64,000 nucleotides of DNA, taken from the IMG/VR virus record IMGVR_UViG_3300035182_001315; one strand, given 5' to 3'. Shown here piece after piece: positions 17,499-28,550 of this stretch. How positions within the stretch are numbered: the stretch's first letter is position 1; each line of letters begins with the position of its first letter. The position numbers and the translations under genes are program-made. Under the pieces are notes generated by a model. The model was given only the letters and a program-made list of their open reading frames with translations. It did no database searches and had not been told where the DNA came from. The DNA is from a virus. Lineage: Duplodnaviria; Caudoviricetes.

Positions 17499-20210
17499 TT
17501 AGTAGGAATTAATTGCATTACTTTGAATCTCAACCGGCACCACCTCACTGAAGGCTTCGGTTTTGATTGTATCGCCGCAAATTGAGGCGTAATTCTTGGT
17601 ATTTCTCACCCTGTAGTAGAAATTGTCCCCTACATTGCCAGAAATGACCAATATGCTGTCATAATTGGTCACAAGAGCCGAATATGGCACCACGCTGTTC
17701 ACCGTGAAGGTTGAAAACGTAGGGCTGCTGCTTACTTCCAGTGTGAAGTAACCGTTGGCCACCGCTGGCACATTCGGAATATACCAGCTAATCGAGTTGC
17801 TGCTTTGGGTGATTCCGTTGATTATATTTGCTGTTGGATAGTACACCAAAACCACAATATCCCCTGTCATCAGGCTACCAGCAAGGATGATTCTGCTCTT
17901 GTCAGTTATTGACTGATAATAGTCGATTCCGTCAACCAAAAACACACCATTCAAGATTACTACTATCTTTGAGAAGTCGATTGGAATATTATTGGTGAAC
18001 ACCTCATACTTTCCAGTAGACGTATTGTAATAATACTGGCTGGCCCCTTCATTTCCTGTTGTACCGCTTGGTATCGCCCCAGAGATATCAATATTTTCCG
18101 CAATAATCGTAAGTGTTGATGTTCTGGTGTAAACCGCTGTGATAACATCACCGTCCACGATAGGACCGAAGAATGTAAGAACCGTACCGCTAAGAGTGTA
18201 GTCCAAATCCTTGGCCAATACGCTACCATTAAGGGTTATGATTACATCACCAACGTATTCGCTAACCAAAGAGAACGTGCTGCCGCTTCTGAAGTATGTG
18301 TTACCAGTAGCAACGATTTGGTCATCACCCTGTCCTTCAGTTACGTTGAATTCGTTTGCATCATCAACCAATATAACCTGCTGATACAATGGCAATGCAT
18401 CGTAGAATGCCAACTGCTGAACCTGTGTTTGTGTAAACAATGGCTTGTCAGCATGGTAAAGACTTACAATATAATAATCCAATGACTCATCATATAATTG
18501 ATAGTTTCCGCTCTGCTTATAGATTGCAGTATCGATTCTTTTTCCCAATCTGTTCAAGAAATTTGTGCAGGTATCTGCCTCATAATATCCCTTGATAACA
18601 AAGTCACCGTCGAGTGGTAACGCTGTCAAAGGTATTGAAACATTAAGGATATTTGTACCACTGAATGTTGCATAGTTGATTACATCACTTTTGAAAACTG
18701 GTGGGACAACGAACACATTTAATTGTGGGTTGAACTTATAGATTTCATATTTGAATGTTGCGTTGTTTGCTGTAAATGCATCTGTACTTCCAGTAAAGTT
18801 GAAAGAGATGTCCAAGGTTGTTGCCGTGGCTGCGTCGAAAACAAATACACCCTGACTATTTACATCAATGAATGGAAAACTATCTACGAGCACCGCAGAA
18901 CAATCTCCGCTACAATTACCACTGCTTGTACAACCTGATGTTATTCCAGTTGTTTCAATAAGTGTACAAGTGAATCCTGTTCCGCAACCATTAAGAGCGA
19001 ATCCCAGTGGGCAAGAATAACCTACGTTATCACCCGCATCGAAGGTTCCCCCGACAAACGATTTTGTACTGAATATTACATTAGCACCTGTAGAACCAGT
19101 TGTTGTTGCACCTGTAAGAGTAGCGAAGTCAATTGGATTATAGATTTCAGCACCGAAAGATGTAACTGAAATCGCATTCATACCCTGCATTTCAATGATA
19201 TTCAAACCAGAGTTAAGCTTCAATGGGAATACACTCCATTTCTTGAAGTTATCCTGAACGTTACCACTAAAGTTTGCAATCAAATCACCGTTAACCTTAA
19301 ATCTCGCAAAGTTATCAGCACCAAGACCTACATAGTATGTGCCACCCGTAGCAATGTCCAAGCAATATGTAAAACCTACGAATGAAGTTGATGAAGCTGA
19401 AAGACCTACTTGGTTCAATCTACCATCTGTTGTATTACCCACATTGTTCCAGAATGTACCAGTTGTTGCTGATGCCAAAGGAACAATTGTTGCACCTGAT
19501 TGGTCAAGCAAAGGTTGGCCGCTACCCAAATAGAATACTGGAAGAGCACCATCACCCTGAATATCTGGGTAGAAGTATGTACCGAACTGTGAATAAGACG
19601 GGTCAGTATTACCAGCTGCGATTGGTACACCTATACCATGGAATGTTGCCGCTGTTGTTGTAATTTTTATACAACCATCATTGGCTGGTGTTGCAGAAAA
19701 TCCAACAGGACAAGAAAATGCGTTTTGATTCAATCCAAGGCTAACACAAATATCAACTTCAAGAGTTTGAACGTTTGGTTTCTTGTTTATATCGAAAGTG
19801 TTTCCACTTAAGGTATAAATGTAACCCAATGCAGATAAGCCGTTGCTTACTGAGGTTATGAATTGTGCCTGAGAAGGTGTTACACCTGTCAAGTTTGTTG
19901 TAAAGAAATCAGCACTGTATGTTATTGCATTGTTTTCAAAGATTCTGGTTTCCCAAGTTGTTCCTGTGTAACAGCTGGTTGATGAAAGTCCTGAAAGACA
20001 TGGTTGTGTCGCTGCTGAAAGCATGTTGTTGAATGATACTGCTGAGAAAGAGGCAACAATGCTATCGCACTGCACCTTTGTAGCACCGCTGATGTCAAAT
20101 TTTGGTGAAACAAAGACACAGAAATCCGATGACATATTAACGTTTAATATATCCTTGTTCCTTACGGCACGATTGTCATTCTGTATGTATATTCTCTCTT
20201 GGTATCTCAT
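17499..20210 (-). CDS. Tail/fibre-associated structural protein with PA14-like module
   Basis: 903 aa, Thr/Gly/Ser-rich; YYVGLGADNFARFKVNG; repeats VIITLNGSVL..DLDY / VVILNGVFL..GIDY. Confidence 0.75.
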   Translation of the reverse strand: MRYQERIYIQNDNRAVRNKDILNVNMSSDFCVFVSPKFDISGATKVQCDSIVASFSAVSFNNMLSAATQPCLSGLSSTSCYTGTTWETRIFENNAITYSADFFTTNLTGVTPSQAQFITSVSNGLSALGYIYTLSGNTFDINKKPNVQTLEVDICVSLGLNQNAFSCPVGFSATPANDGCIKITTTAATFHGIGVPIAAGNTDPSYSQFGTYFYPDIQGDGALPVFYLGSGQPLLDQSGATIVPLASATTGTFWNNVGNTTDGRLNQVGLSASSTSFVGFTYCLDIATGGTYYVGLGADNFARFKVNGDLIANFSGNVQDNFKKWSVFPLKLNSGLNIIEMQGMNAISVTSFGAEIYNPIDFATLTGATTTGSTGANVIFSTKSFVGGTFDAGDNVGYSCPLGFALNGCGTGFTCTLIETTGITSGCTSSGNCSGDCSAVLVDSFPFIDVNSQGVFVFDAATATTLDISFNFTGSTDAFTANNATFKYEIYKFNPQLNVFVVPPVFKSDVINYATFSGTNILNVSIPLTALPLDGDFVIKGYYEADTCTNFLNRLGKRIDTAIYKQSGNYQLYDESLDYYIVSLYHADKPLFTQTQVQQLAFYDALPLYQQVILVDDANEFNVTEGQGDDQIVATGNTYFRSGSTFSLVSEYVGDVIITLNGSVLAKDLDYTLSGTVLTFFGPIVDGDVITAVYTRTSTLTIIAENIDISGAIPSGTTGNEGASQYYYNTSTGKYEVFTNNIPIDFSKIVVILNGVFLVDGIDYYQSITDKSRIILAGSLMTGDIVVLVYYPTANIINGITQSSNSISWYIPNVPAVANGYFTLEVSSSPTFSTFTVNSVVPYSALVTNYDSILVISGNVGDNFYYRVRNTKNYASICGDTIKTEAFSEVVPVEIQSNAINSY

Positions 20211-20452
20211 TAGTATGATATTGATAATGTCTGCGTTGGTAGGTTAAATTGAGTCTTAAGACCAAAATTTAATGGCTTAACAAGCTTTTCAACATAACCG
20301 ACCTGTGTAAAGTTTTGTAGGTATGCAATGAAGCCGTTCAACTCGATATAATCCTCGAATTGCACTTGGCCAGATAAGTTGCTGAAGACATAAATGCCGC
20401 CAACGAAATTATCTAAGACCTTTCCTTCAACTTTTGTTACTAAATATGGCAT
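20210..20452 (-). CDS. Small hypothetical (probably structural) protein
   Basis: 80 aa, coupled to the next gene, GTATTTAT 3 nt upstream. Confidence 0.65.
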   Translation of the reverse strand: MPYLVTKVEGKVLDNFVGGIYVFSNLSGQVQFEDYIELNGFIAYLQNFTQVGYVEKLVKPLNFGLKTQFNLPTQTLSISY

Positions 20453-20470
20453 ACTATAAATACTTAATTT

Positions 20471-23449
20471 TTATAAATTCTCGTTTATTACATTTCCACC
20501 GAATCCACCACTATTTGGACCCACAACTGTCACAGTACCAAGAAATTCTGAACCAGAGTTCATTTGATTAACATAAACTGTGTCAAATTTCTGGTTGCTA
20601 CCCTGATTAAAGAATTCAGTTGTTGCTGAAAGGCTACCCAATACCACTGATGTCTCAGCTGAGACTCCACAAGTCACGCCGGTTGCTGGGCTGGATACCA
20701 CAATGAACGGATTCTGGGTAAATGGCCCCACCGCAAAGTGTGTGCTATAAGCCTTGTATTTGAACTTCTCAGAATCAAATATTGTGTTTCCGTAAATTCT
20801 TGTTGAACCCCAGATGGTAGTTGCCGGAATCACCTGTTCGATGATGTCCACCCAATAGTTTCCTATCAAGTTCGCAAACTTATTCATGCTGAAGTAGTCG
20901 AATTTCGAGGAATTTGTTCCGCAAAAGCCAGTTGAGTTCATATATCTGTCGTAAAGTAGCCTCAACGTTGGATAACTTGAAATGGTCTGTCTGTTCTTCG
21001 CATCAATCAATTCTGATGTCAGGAAGTATTCGAAATCTTCTACAGTTGTTATCGCACTCAGCGGTTGCGTCATCAAGAAATTGATATCAATCGGCGCATC
21101 ACCACAATCAGAGCTACAGCAATATTCCATAGGAACACACATGATGCTTGACTGAGTTACCGCTGATGTTGTACCACTTGTTGATGTGGTTGTTGTCGCT
21201 GTGTATGAATAAACATTAAGCGTCTGCGCAGTTATTACAACCGTATTTGGCGGTGTTGCACCTGTCAACAAAGCACAGCTACCTGATATTGTTGTTGGCG
21301 TATAACCCACACTGGATGTACCCGAAATTGCTGCTGTCTGTATAAGTGTACAAGTGAATCCTGTTCCGCAACCATCCAACGCATACCCTACTGGACATGA
21401 GTATCCCACGTTACTACCAGAGTCGAACGTTTGCCCAATAAATTGGGCCGTACTGAATATTACATTAGCACCTGTAGAGCCTGTGTTTGTCGCAGCAACC
21501 AATGTTGCAAAGTCAATTGGATTATAAATTTCAGCACCAAATGATGTTGCTATGGTACCGTCATTCTTACCCTGCATTTCAATAATATTTCTACCTGATG
21601 TTAAAGGTATTGGGAAGACGCTCCACTTCTTGAAGTTATCCTGAACCGCTCCGCTGAAGTCAGCGATAAGAACACCATTAACCTTAAATCTCGCAAAGTT
21701 ATCAGCACCCAAACCTACATAGTAGGTACCACCAGACATGATATCCAAACAATATGTGAAACCCACATAAGATGTTGATGAAGCTGATAAACCCACTTGG
21801 TTCAATCTACCATCAGTTGTATTACCAACGTTATTCCAGAATGTACCAGTTGTTACTGTTGTAACTGGAGTTATTGTCCCACCTGATTGGTCTTTCAATG
21901 CTGCACCACTACCAATATAAAATACCGGCAATGCTCCATCGTTAAGAATATCTGGATAGAAGTATGAACCGAACTGTGAATAAGCAGCATTGGTATTACC
22001 AGCAATTACTGTTGAGCCGGTACCATTAAACGTTGCACCAGTAACTGTGATTTTTACACAAGAGTCGTTGGCTGGCGTTGCTGAATATGTAGCAGGACAA
22101 GAGAATGTTGTTGATGTTATTGCAGAACATGCACCTGTCTGTACAGTAATGATTGTTAAACCAGTTACACCAGTTGTTGTGGTTCCGGCGCTGAAGAAAC
22201 CAGCATCCTTTACACAAGTTGAAACACCTACGCTTGAACCTGTAAGAAGACATGGATTGTCAACAACATAAGCCCACACGTCTGTTTCCACAGCGGCAGC
22301 AATGCTGATATCCAAATCAATTTCCTTCGTGTTGATTATTTGTCTTTCGTCATCCAAGAAGTAATCAGTTAATCTAATTGGCTTCTCATCATTTGAATTT
22401 GCAATCTTGAATGTTCTGTGAGTTGTTGTATCGTTCGCACTCCAAGATTTTTTGTTATCTCTGATTCTATCAAGGTCAAAGCCCGGAGATTGAGAAACGA
22501 AGATATCATTTCTAAGAACCTTTGTACAATTCTTATTCAACTCAATATTATCCAAAAGAATATACGTATCAACACATGAACCGCTTACCTTGATGGTAAG
22601 CTTAATCTTTTGATTTGTCATTGCACTTACCACGCTTGCATCATCGATTACGGTATGGAAGTGTTGCCAGTTAGGACCGAATGAATCAGCACTGATATTG
22701 GTCTGGAATGTTGTGATTGCTGATAAAGGCAATCCTGATTCAGTATACAGACTTTGTAATAATTGATTTGTTGGGGTGATACAGTTGATGGTATCGCCGG
22801 TAACATTCAGGTCATATAAGTTAAGTGGGTAGCAAGAGGTATCACCTGTATTATTTGAAAGTTCACCACAGATAAAGAATCCACTTTCTGTACTACCAGT
22901 TGCAAGATAATTGTAAAGATTACCAGCGCCAATCTTCTGGAAGAAAGTCTCTTCATAGATAGGTACCAATGCAGTTGTGTTACCAGTTATTGTAACCACT
23001 TCAATAACCATAGAAGCACCGATACTCTCTAATACGTCAATAACATTTGTGCAAGTTGTATTAAGTGTACCACCAACCAATTTGGTTAGGGTATCGCAAT
23101 CGAACTTGAACAAGTAATCATAGTCTACGCTTAGTGTGCAGGTTTCATCTGGAGTTACACCGAAGATTGCACCATCGTTACCCTTTGGATTAAGAACAAC
23201 ATTAAAAGGAGCTGTATAATCACAAGGGCCAGCATTTGAGGCTGTCCAACGGCAGAATTGTGTATCCACGTCAAAGTAAGCACCGGGAATACCCAATGAG
23301 TCACAGCAAGCCTTTGTTAGGGCCTGTGGTGCTAATTGCTGAGTGCTTTGGTTTACAGTATACACAGAAATAGTTCCGTCAGGGTTGTTTATTACCAATC
23401 CCTGTGCATCTATAATCTCCTGCTTTGTTGAACACGTTACTTCTGTCAT
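20471..23449 (-). CDS. Tail/fibre-associated structural protein with second PA14-like module
   Basis: 992 aa, Cys-rich; module near-identical to that in 17499-20210; C-terminal WVDIIEQVIPATTIW. Confidence 0.75.
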   Translation of the reverse strand: MTEVTCSTKQEIIDAQGLVINNPDGTISVYTVNQSTQQLAPQALTKACCDSLGIPGAYFDVDTQFCRWTASNAGPCDYTAPFNVVLNPKGNDGAIFGVTPDETCTLSVDYDYLFKFDCDTLTKLVGGTLNTTCTNVIDVLESIGASMVIEVVTITGNTTALVPIYEETFFQKIGAGNLYNYLATGSTESGFFICGELSNNTGDTSCYPLNLYDLNVTGDTINCITPTNQLLQSLYTESGLPLSAITTFQTNISADSFGPNWQHFHTVIDDASVVSAMTNQKIKLTIKVSGSCVDTYILLDNIELNKNCTKVLRNDIFVSQSPGFDLDRIRDNKKSWSANDTTTHRTFKIANSNDEKPIRLTDYFLDDERQIINTKEIDLDISIAAAVETDVWAYVVDNPCLLTGSSVGVSTCVKDAGFFSAGTTTTGVTGLTIITVQTGACSAITSTTFSCPATYSATPANDSCVKITVTGATFNGTGSTVIAGNTNAAYSQFGSYFYPDILNDGALPVFYIGSGAALKDQSGGTITPVTTVTTGTFWNNVGNTTDGRLNQVGLSASSTSYVGFTYCLDIMSGGTYYVGLGADNFARFKVNGVLIADFSGAVQDNFKKWSVFPIPLTSGRNIIEMQGKNDGTIATSFGAEIYNPIDFATLVAATNTGSTGANVIFSTAQFIGQTFDSGSNVGYSCPVGYALDGCGTGFTCTLIQTAAISGTSSVGYTPTTISGSCALLTGATPPNTVVITAQTLNVYSYTATTTTSTSGTTSAVTQSSIMCVPMEYCCSSDCGDAPIDINFLMTQPLSAITTVEDFEYFLTSELIDAKNRQTISSYPTLRLLYDRYMNSTGFCGTNSSKFDYFSMNKFANLIGNYWVDIIEQVIPATTIWGSTRIYGNTIFDSEKFKYKAYSTHFAVGPFTQNPFIVVSSPATGVTCGVSAETSVVLGSLSATTEFFNQGSNQKFDTVYVNQMNSGSEFLGTVTVVGPNSGGFGGNVINENL

Positions 23450-23459
23450 TTCTTTTATT

Positions 23460-26400
23460 TTATGGGTGACACGCTAATAATGTACCACCTTGTACTCCTA
23501 TTGTAAAGTATATATCAGCTGTTGGCTGGTTTGTTATTGTGTACGGATATGGAGAGAACTTACCACACCATCCTGTTGGTGGCGCACCAAATCCAGCTCC
23601 GAACGTCAAGTCATTGTTTACTGTATCTTGAACAGCAAAGTAAACATTGGAACCAACTGGTAATGGTCCAATCAACGCAACACCAGAATAACCTGTGCTG
23701 TTGGCTGTTGTTGTTGCCATGAATATCCAAGGACCATTATTCACCTTATAATATGAACTTACCTGAGGTGAACTTGCATTCGCCGCCAATCTTACATATG
23801 TTCTGGCATATCTTGTCACATTATGTGATGAACTTGCCTGACATCCTGTAGAATCCGTTACAGTCACGCTATATGACTGAGTTGTATCAATATTGCTTGC
23901 CGTCTGGGTTGTCTCACCATTGCTCCATAAATATGCGTAAGGTGCAGTTCCACCAATTGGATTAGCCACCGCATTGGTAGAATAATCAGTAATTGTTACA
24001 GTCATGGTACATGGCTGACCCACAAGAGCTGTCACAATAGCTGAGCTGCTTGATTGACATCCTACGCTATCAGTTACCGTTACCATATATGTTCCAGCAA
24101 CCAAGTTCACCGCTGTCTGTGTTGTTTGAACCGGCGATGAATTCCAAGAGTATGTGTAAGGTCCAGTTCCACCGTTTGGTGTAGCTGTTGCCGTACCATT
24201 TGATAATCCATTGCTACTTTGAGTAGTCGATGTATTGACTGTCATTGTACAAGGAATTACCTGCTGTGGTGGTGGAGTTGCTACCGCTGTACAATCGATA
24301 TCACCTTGTGACCTTTGGTTATAAGTGTCATTCACAATAGAATCCTGCTGAGCAATGTCAGTAAGACCCTGCTGTGTAAGTTGACAACCATAACCCACCT
24401 GATTTGTAATAGGGTCGGTGATTTGAATCGGAATTGTATATCCGGCTACGCAACCACAACCGTCTTGTGATGTTACTCTATTCTGATTGTTCTCATCAAT
24501 GAACAACAAATATGTTGCACCATTATATGCAATGGTTCTTGCTGGGTCAAGGTACCAACTACAAGTAGATAAACATCCACAAGTATTGTTAGCCTGACAG
24601 CAAATCCAACCACTGTTATTTAATTCATATTCGTTTGTGTTATTATTAAATATAAACTGATTCCAAAAATATGGAACTGAGTTATTGAAATTACAACATG
24701 ACTTATTCACAAATGGGCTGGTATAAAGTACCGGCTGGCCATTTACCATATAAACACTTCCATCTGGGTTGTACTGGTAGAAACTAAACGGATAGTATTT
24801 CTCTATCGATGGGTTACCAATACTTGCAATATTTTGACAATTCGCATTTGAATTCATGTTGTTTGATGAATTCGGAGTTGTCTTGTTAACCTGAATACTC
24901 AATGACCTAAGGTTCTCGTTCGTATCGCAGCCACAGTTCGTTTGGTCCTGACGATGCTTAGGGTCAAGAATAATCTCTGGTGTTACTACGTAACAATTGG
25001 TGAAATCAACACCGTCATCAGTTACAAGGTCAACATATGTTGCACCACTATAAGCTGTGAATGTACCACGACTATAGTTGCTGAACAGGTTTACCGTCTC
25101 TGTTGTTACCGTTTCAGAACTTATCGTAACACTTGAAAAGTTTGGAATAAGTGTTCTGAACTGGTTGATGTATTTGTAACCACCATCATATGGGCCAACG
25201 TGTGGATTGTTACCAGAGTTGATATCCATGGTTGATGCTGAGCCACCTGTTTCTCTGTACCAAAGACCATTGCTCTGGAAATACATTCCCGGAGTGTTGA
25301 TGAATGGCTGAGGATAACCGCTCACGCTTACTGGATAAAGATTCAAGTCAGTGCTCAGGTTATTAAGTGCAAGTGTCTTCTGGAATAAATCAGTGTCGAT
25401 TTTATTCTCAGCAAGATAGATGTACTCATTGAATGAGATAAGGCCCAACGGTGTACCGATGAACTTGAACAAGAACTCAATTGCTTTTCTTGTACCTTTA
25501 GACTTCCAAATCCATGGAGTATTGAGGATTATTCTTCTCCAAAGTTCAACATCAGCTTCAACGGCTGTAAGACCTACGGTCTGACCAGAGTATGTAGAAG
25601 CCTGTGGTTCGATATAGCTTGTAAGAAGGTCATTCTCCAATACTGAAGAGATAAGCTCCCAACCCAACACACGTGCAAGGTTCTTAAGGTATATATCAGG
25701 AATGTTGTTCTTTTTATTATAAGATACGGTATTGGCAAACTGGATACCTGAAATGAAGTTATTCAATTCATCGTACTCACGACCATAGATGGTAAGTGTC
25801 TTATTCATCTTCTGGTCAGAAGTATCTTGGTCTAATGGGTCAAGATGCGTTGTTGTGGTATCGAAGTCCGTTATGGATTCAGTTACCAAGAATCTAACCA
25901 TAAGGTTAGATGTGGTCAGGTCAAAGTTGTTTGAGATATCCAAAAGCTTGGTTGCGTAATCGGCATAAGCATCGGTATCAAAGTCCAAGTTATAACCATC
26001 TGTTGTTGGCCATGTAACGCTGTCACTCAAATAAAGAATGCTACCGGCATCAGACCTAACGCTGTATTTGAATTCAGCTGTAAACTGAGGAACAACCAAT
26101 CTATTAAGAAGGTAGAATTCAAAATCAGGAAGCTTGTTATAGAACAAGTTTTCCTGTGTAACGTTTGGTTTAATGTAATAAATAAGGTAGTCACTTGTTG
26201 CAGCACCAGAGAATACATTCCCGTCAACAACGAAGTACAGATAATCGTTGAGAGTTTGAGTTGAACCTGTAAAGCCCAGTACATCAAAATCATTTCCGTT
26301 GTAACGGATAGAGTATGATTCAAAGTTCAATGCAAGATTTCTCATGTCATTGTCTTGGTTGAATGTGTTCGAAAGGGAACCGTTCGCCAAGTAATTTATC

Positions 26401-26930
26401 TGGAAATTGTTGGTTAATGAATTTGTGTTTACTCTGAAGGTAGCCTGATTGGTTACACTATTGAAGGTATAGTTCTCCATGGTGAAACCAGTCTGTGTAA
26501 GGTAGTCTGGTGCCAAAGAGTAAACTGGGTTAGCGTATAAAGCGGCTGGCCAGTTGGTGATGATATTTTCAAGTGCCACTCTTACGAATTCAGAGAATGA
26601 ACCGAACAGGGCGTAGTTTGTAAGATTTGACTTGTCCAAATTTAAAAGTACACCGGCATTGTTTGTTAACAAGCTGAGTGTGCTTTCAAGGGTTAGGTCA
26701 AGGTCAGTAAGGGTAACAAAGTTTGAGAAGTTCTTTGTTATGTAGGTTTTGTTAACCTTTGGTTCAACGTTTGTGGTCACGGAGAAGTTACCCATTGTAA
26801 ACAACGGGGTACCCCCTTCACTTGTCAGTTGGAGACCAACCAAGTCAGGTGAAAAATTTCTATATTCGATACCGTCATTGAAGAAAACTCTTTGAGCGTA
26901 TCCGGGTACTTTTATTCTATCGTTTGCCAT
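23460..26930 (-). CDS. Baseplate/tail structural protein with SprB-like repeats
   Basis: LWRRIILNTPWIWKSKGTRKAIEFLFKFIG (P2 gpI/baseplate-like), Cys-rich middle, and GGTGPYTYSW...GTYMVTVTDSVGC repeats. Confidence 0.75.
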   Translation of the reverse strand: MANDRIKVPGYAQRVFFNDGIEYRNFSPDLVGLQLTSEGGTPLFTMGNFSVTTNVEPKVNKTYITKNFSNFVTLTDLDLTLESTLSLLTNNAGVLLNLDKSNLTNYALFGSFSEFVRVALENIITNWPAALYANPVYSLAPDYLTQTGFTMENYTFNSVTNQATFRVNTNSLTNNFQINYLANGSLSNTFNQDNDMRNLALNFESYSIRYNGNDFDVLGFTGSTQTLNDYLYFVVDGNVFSGAATSDYLIYYIKPNVTQENLFYNKLPDFEFYLLNRLVVPQFTAEFKYSVRSDAGSILYLSDSVTWPTTDGYNLDFDTDAYADYATKLLDISNNFDLTTSNLMVRFLVTESITDFDTTTTHLDPLDQDTSDQKMNKTLTIYGREYDELNNFISGIQFANTVSYNKKNNIPDIYLKNLARVLGWELISSVLENDLLTSYIEPQASTYSGQTVGLTAVEADVELWRRIILNTPWIWKSKGTRKAIEFLFKFIGTPLGLISFNEYIYLAENKIDTDLFQKTLALNNLSTDLNLYPVSVSGYPQPFINTPGMYFQSNGLWYRETGGSASTMDINSGNNPHVGPYDGGYKYINQFRTLIPNFSSVTISSETVTTETVNLFSNYSRGTFTAYSGATYVDLVTDDGVDFTNCYVVTPEIILDPKHRQDQTNCGCDTNENLRSLSIQVNKTTPNSSNNMNSNANCQNIASIGNPSIEKYYPFSFYQYNPDGSVYMVNGQPVLYTSPFVNKSCCNFNNSVPYFWNQFIFNNNTNEYELNNSGWICCQANNTCGCLSTCSWYLDPARTIAYNGATYLLFIDENNQNRVTSQDGCGCVAGYTIPIQITDPITNQVGYGCQLTQQGLTDIAQQDSIVNDTYNQRSQGDIDCTAVATPPPQQVIPCTMTVNTSTTQSSNGLSNGTATATPNGGTGPYTYSWNSSPVQTTQTAVNLVAGTYMVTVTDSVGCQSSSSAIVTALVGQPCTMTVTITDYSTNAVANPIGGTAPYAYLWSNGETTQTASNIDTTQSYSVTVTDSTGCQASSSHNVTRYARTYVRLAANASSPQVSSYYKVNNGPWIFMATTTANSTGYSGVALIGPLPVGSNVYFAVQDTVNNDLTFGAGFGAPPTGWCGKFSPYPYTITNQPTADIYFTIGVQGGTLLACHP

Positions 26931-26933
26931 TTA

Positions 26934-27851
26934 TTAAACAGTTGTTATTGTACTAAAGTTCTTACTGAAATCAATATTATTTCTCTGCTCTCTAACTTCG
27001 AACAATGGCTTGCCACTGAACTTGTCCTTGATTTCGTACAAGTCGTATTGCTTGTAAATCTGGTTGCTGAAGTTATAGATTGTGTATATGCCGTCTTCAA
27101 GAGACTTTGTTTGATTACCAAACAATGCATATGCAAGAGTTTCCACATCATGCTCAACCATTTCAATTTCTATCATTATCGGGTTGAAGAACGTGTTGGT
27201 AATGATTACCTGTTGGTTCGGCTGGCCGATAAATGGTGTTGTATTCGGTTGAACGTTTGATGCTGAGTTAGGTGAAAGAGTACAAAACGACAGTGTTGAA
27301 TTATCATTGAAACGATACCTGATAGCCTTCTGGTTTGTGTTTGTTAAGTTTTGGTTTACAGGTTCAGCTCTGTTGTTTGAAGTAATCACCCTGAAAACAT
27401 TGTTTATCTTTGCATCTGCCAAAGCCGGATTCAAGTATTCTACTCTGTAACCAATAAGTCCGTTATTCTCGAATCTGTTTGCAAGACCGGCAGGAATAGC
27501 CGACAAGTCAAATATCAACCCCTTTGTGTCTGGGAAAGCTGATAATACACCAACATCCACAATCTTTGTTCTGATTTCAATAGGCTTGATGATAATTGTG
27601 TAAATACCCTTTGCTGAGAATACGGATACCGGCAACTTAAGGGTATACATACCACCAAACATTTCAAATCCGCTTACGCCAGATTGAGCACGATTAGGGT
27701 TGTTCACCTTAAGCATGATTGAGTTTGGGTCGTTGAATTTGACCAAACCAGCACTTTGTGAATCCCTTGACGGTGTGAAATCGTAAAATATTTCAACATC
27801 ATCTGGTGTCACGTCTGAAGGTCTCTTTATTCCATAAACACCTGTAGCCAT
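26934..27851 (-). CDS. Conserved structural-module protein of unknown function
   Basis: 305-aa ORF in the tail operon. Confidence 0.7.
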   Translation of the reverse strand: MATGVYGIKRPSDVTPDDVEIFYDFTPSRDSQSAGLVKFNDPNSIMLKVNNPNRAQSGVSGFEMFGGMYTLKLPVSVFSAKGIYTIIIKPIEIRTKIVDVGVLSAFPDTKGLIFDLSAIPAGLANRFENNGLIGYRVEYLNPALADAKINNVFRVITSNNRAEPVNQNLTNTNQKAIRYRFNDNSTLSFCTLSPNSASNVQPNTTPFIGQPNQQVIITNTFFNPIMIEIEMVEHDVETLAYALFGNQTKSLEDGIYTIYNFSNQIYKQYDLYEIKDKFSGKPLFEVREQRNNIDFSKNFSTITTV

Positions 27852-27855
27852 TATC

Positions 27856-28503
27856 TTAATTTATTAATTCGTTTATTGTTATCGAGCACTTAGCTCTTTT
27901 TTTAATATTATCTTTCCATGGAATAAATTCAAGATTTTTGATATTACCAATTATCTCTGGTTCTACCCCATTCCTGAATCCCTCGATTAGTGAGTACTTA
28001 TGGTCAAGGTGATATGCACCTTCAACACCACTATTACCTCTTTTCTCAAAATTCTCCAATTTGGAAATATCCTGTCGTCTTGTATATTTTAAAACAGCCA
28101 ATTCATATTGATAAAATTCATCAGCACAATCCAAATAATCATTATAATTAATTCCTCTGTACCTCTTAACCAATCCTACCGATACACCCTGACTTCTGGT
28201 TCTTCTATAATTCTGTTTTGTCAAATATTTGTCAATAAAGGATGCTGTTAAATTCATTTCGTTTCCTATTTCTTCACAATTCTTGTATTCAAGGTATAAT
28301 TTCTTTATTTTTTCCTCATCTTCATTTGATAATTTAACTTTTATACCTGAACTTTTCCCTTTCCTCAAAACCCCCATTTTTATTAAAATTTGTCTCACTG
28401 GTGTCTTACTTACGCCAAATATTTTACCAATTTCCGTTGTATTTAACCTTTCTTCAAGGTACAAGGTCGTAATCTGCTCCACATCCAAACTATCGGCTAC
28501 CAT
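27856..28503 (-). mobile_element. Free-standing HNH-like endonuclease with N-terminal HTH repeats
   Basis: GAYHLDHKYS..EGF.NG..PEIIGNIKNLEFIPW..N; AT-rich; paralog of 37094-37852. Confidence 0.75.
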
Positions 28504-28550
28504 TTTTCTTTTTTTTAATATAAATTAAGATATTGATAAGTAAAAGGCTT

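Noticed and set aside
18958-22105. Repeat pair as DGR template/variable region
   Set aside because: Mismatches are not adenine-specific, both copies are coding, and no reverse transcriptase is in the window.
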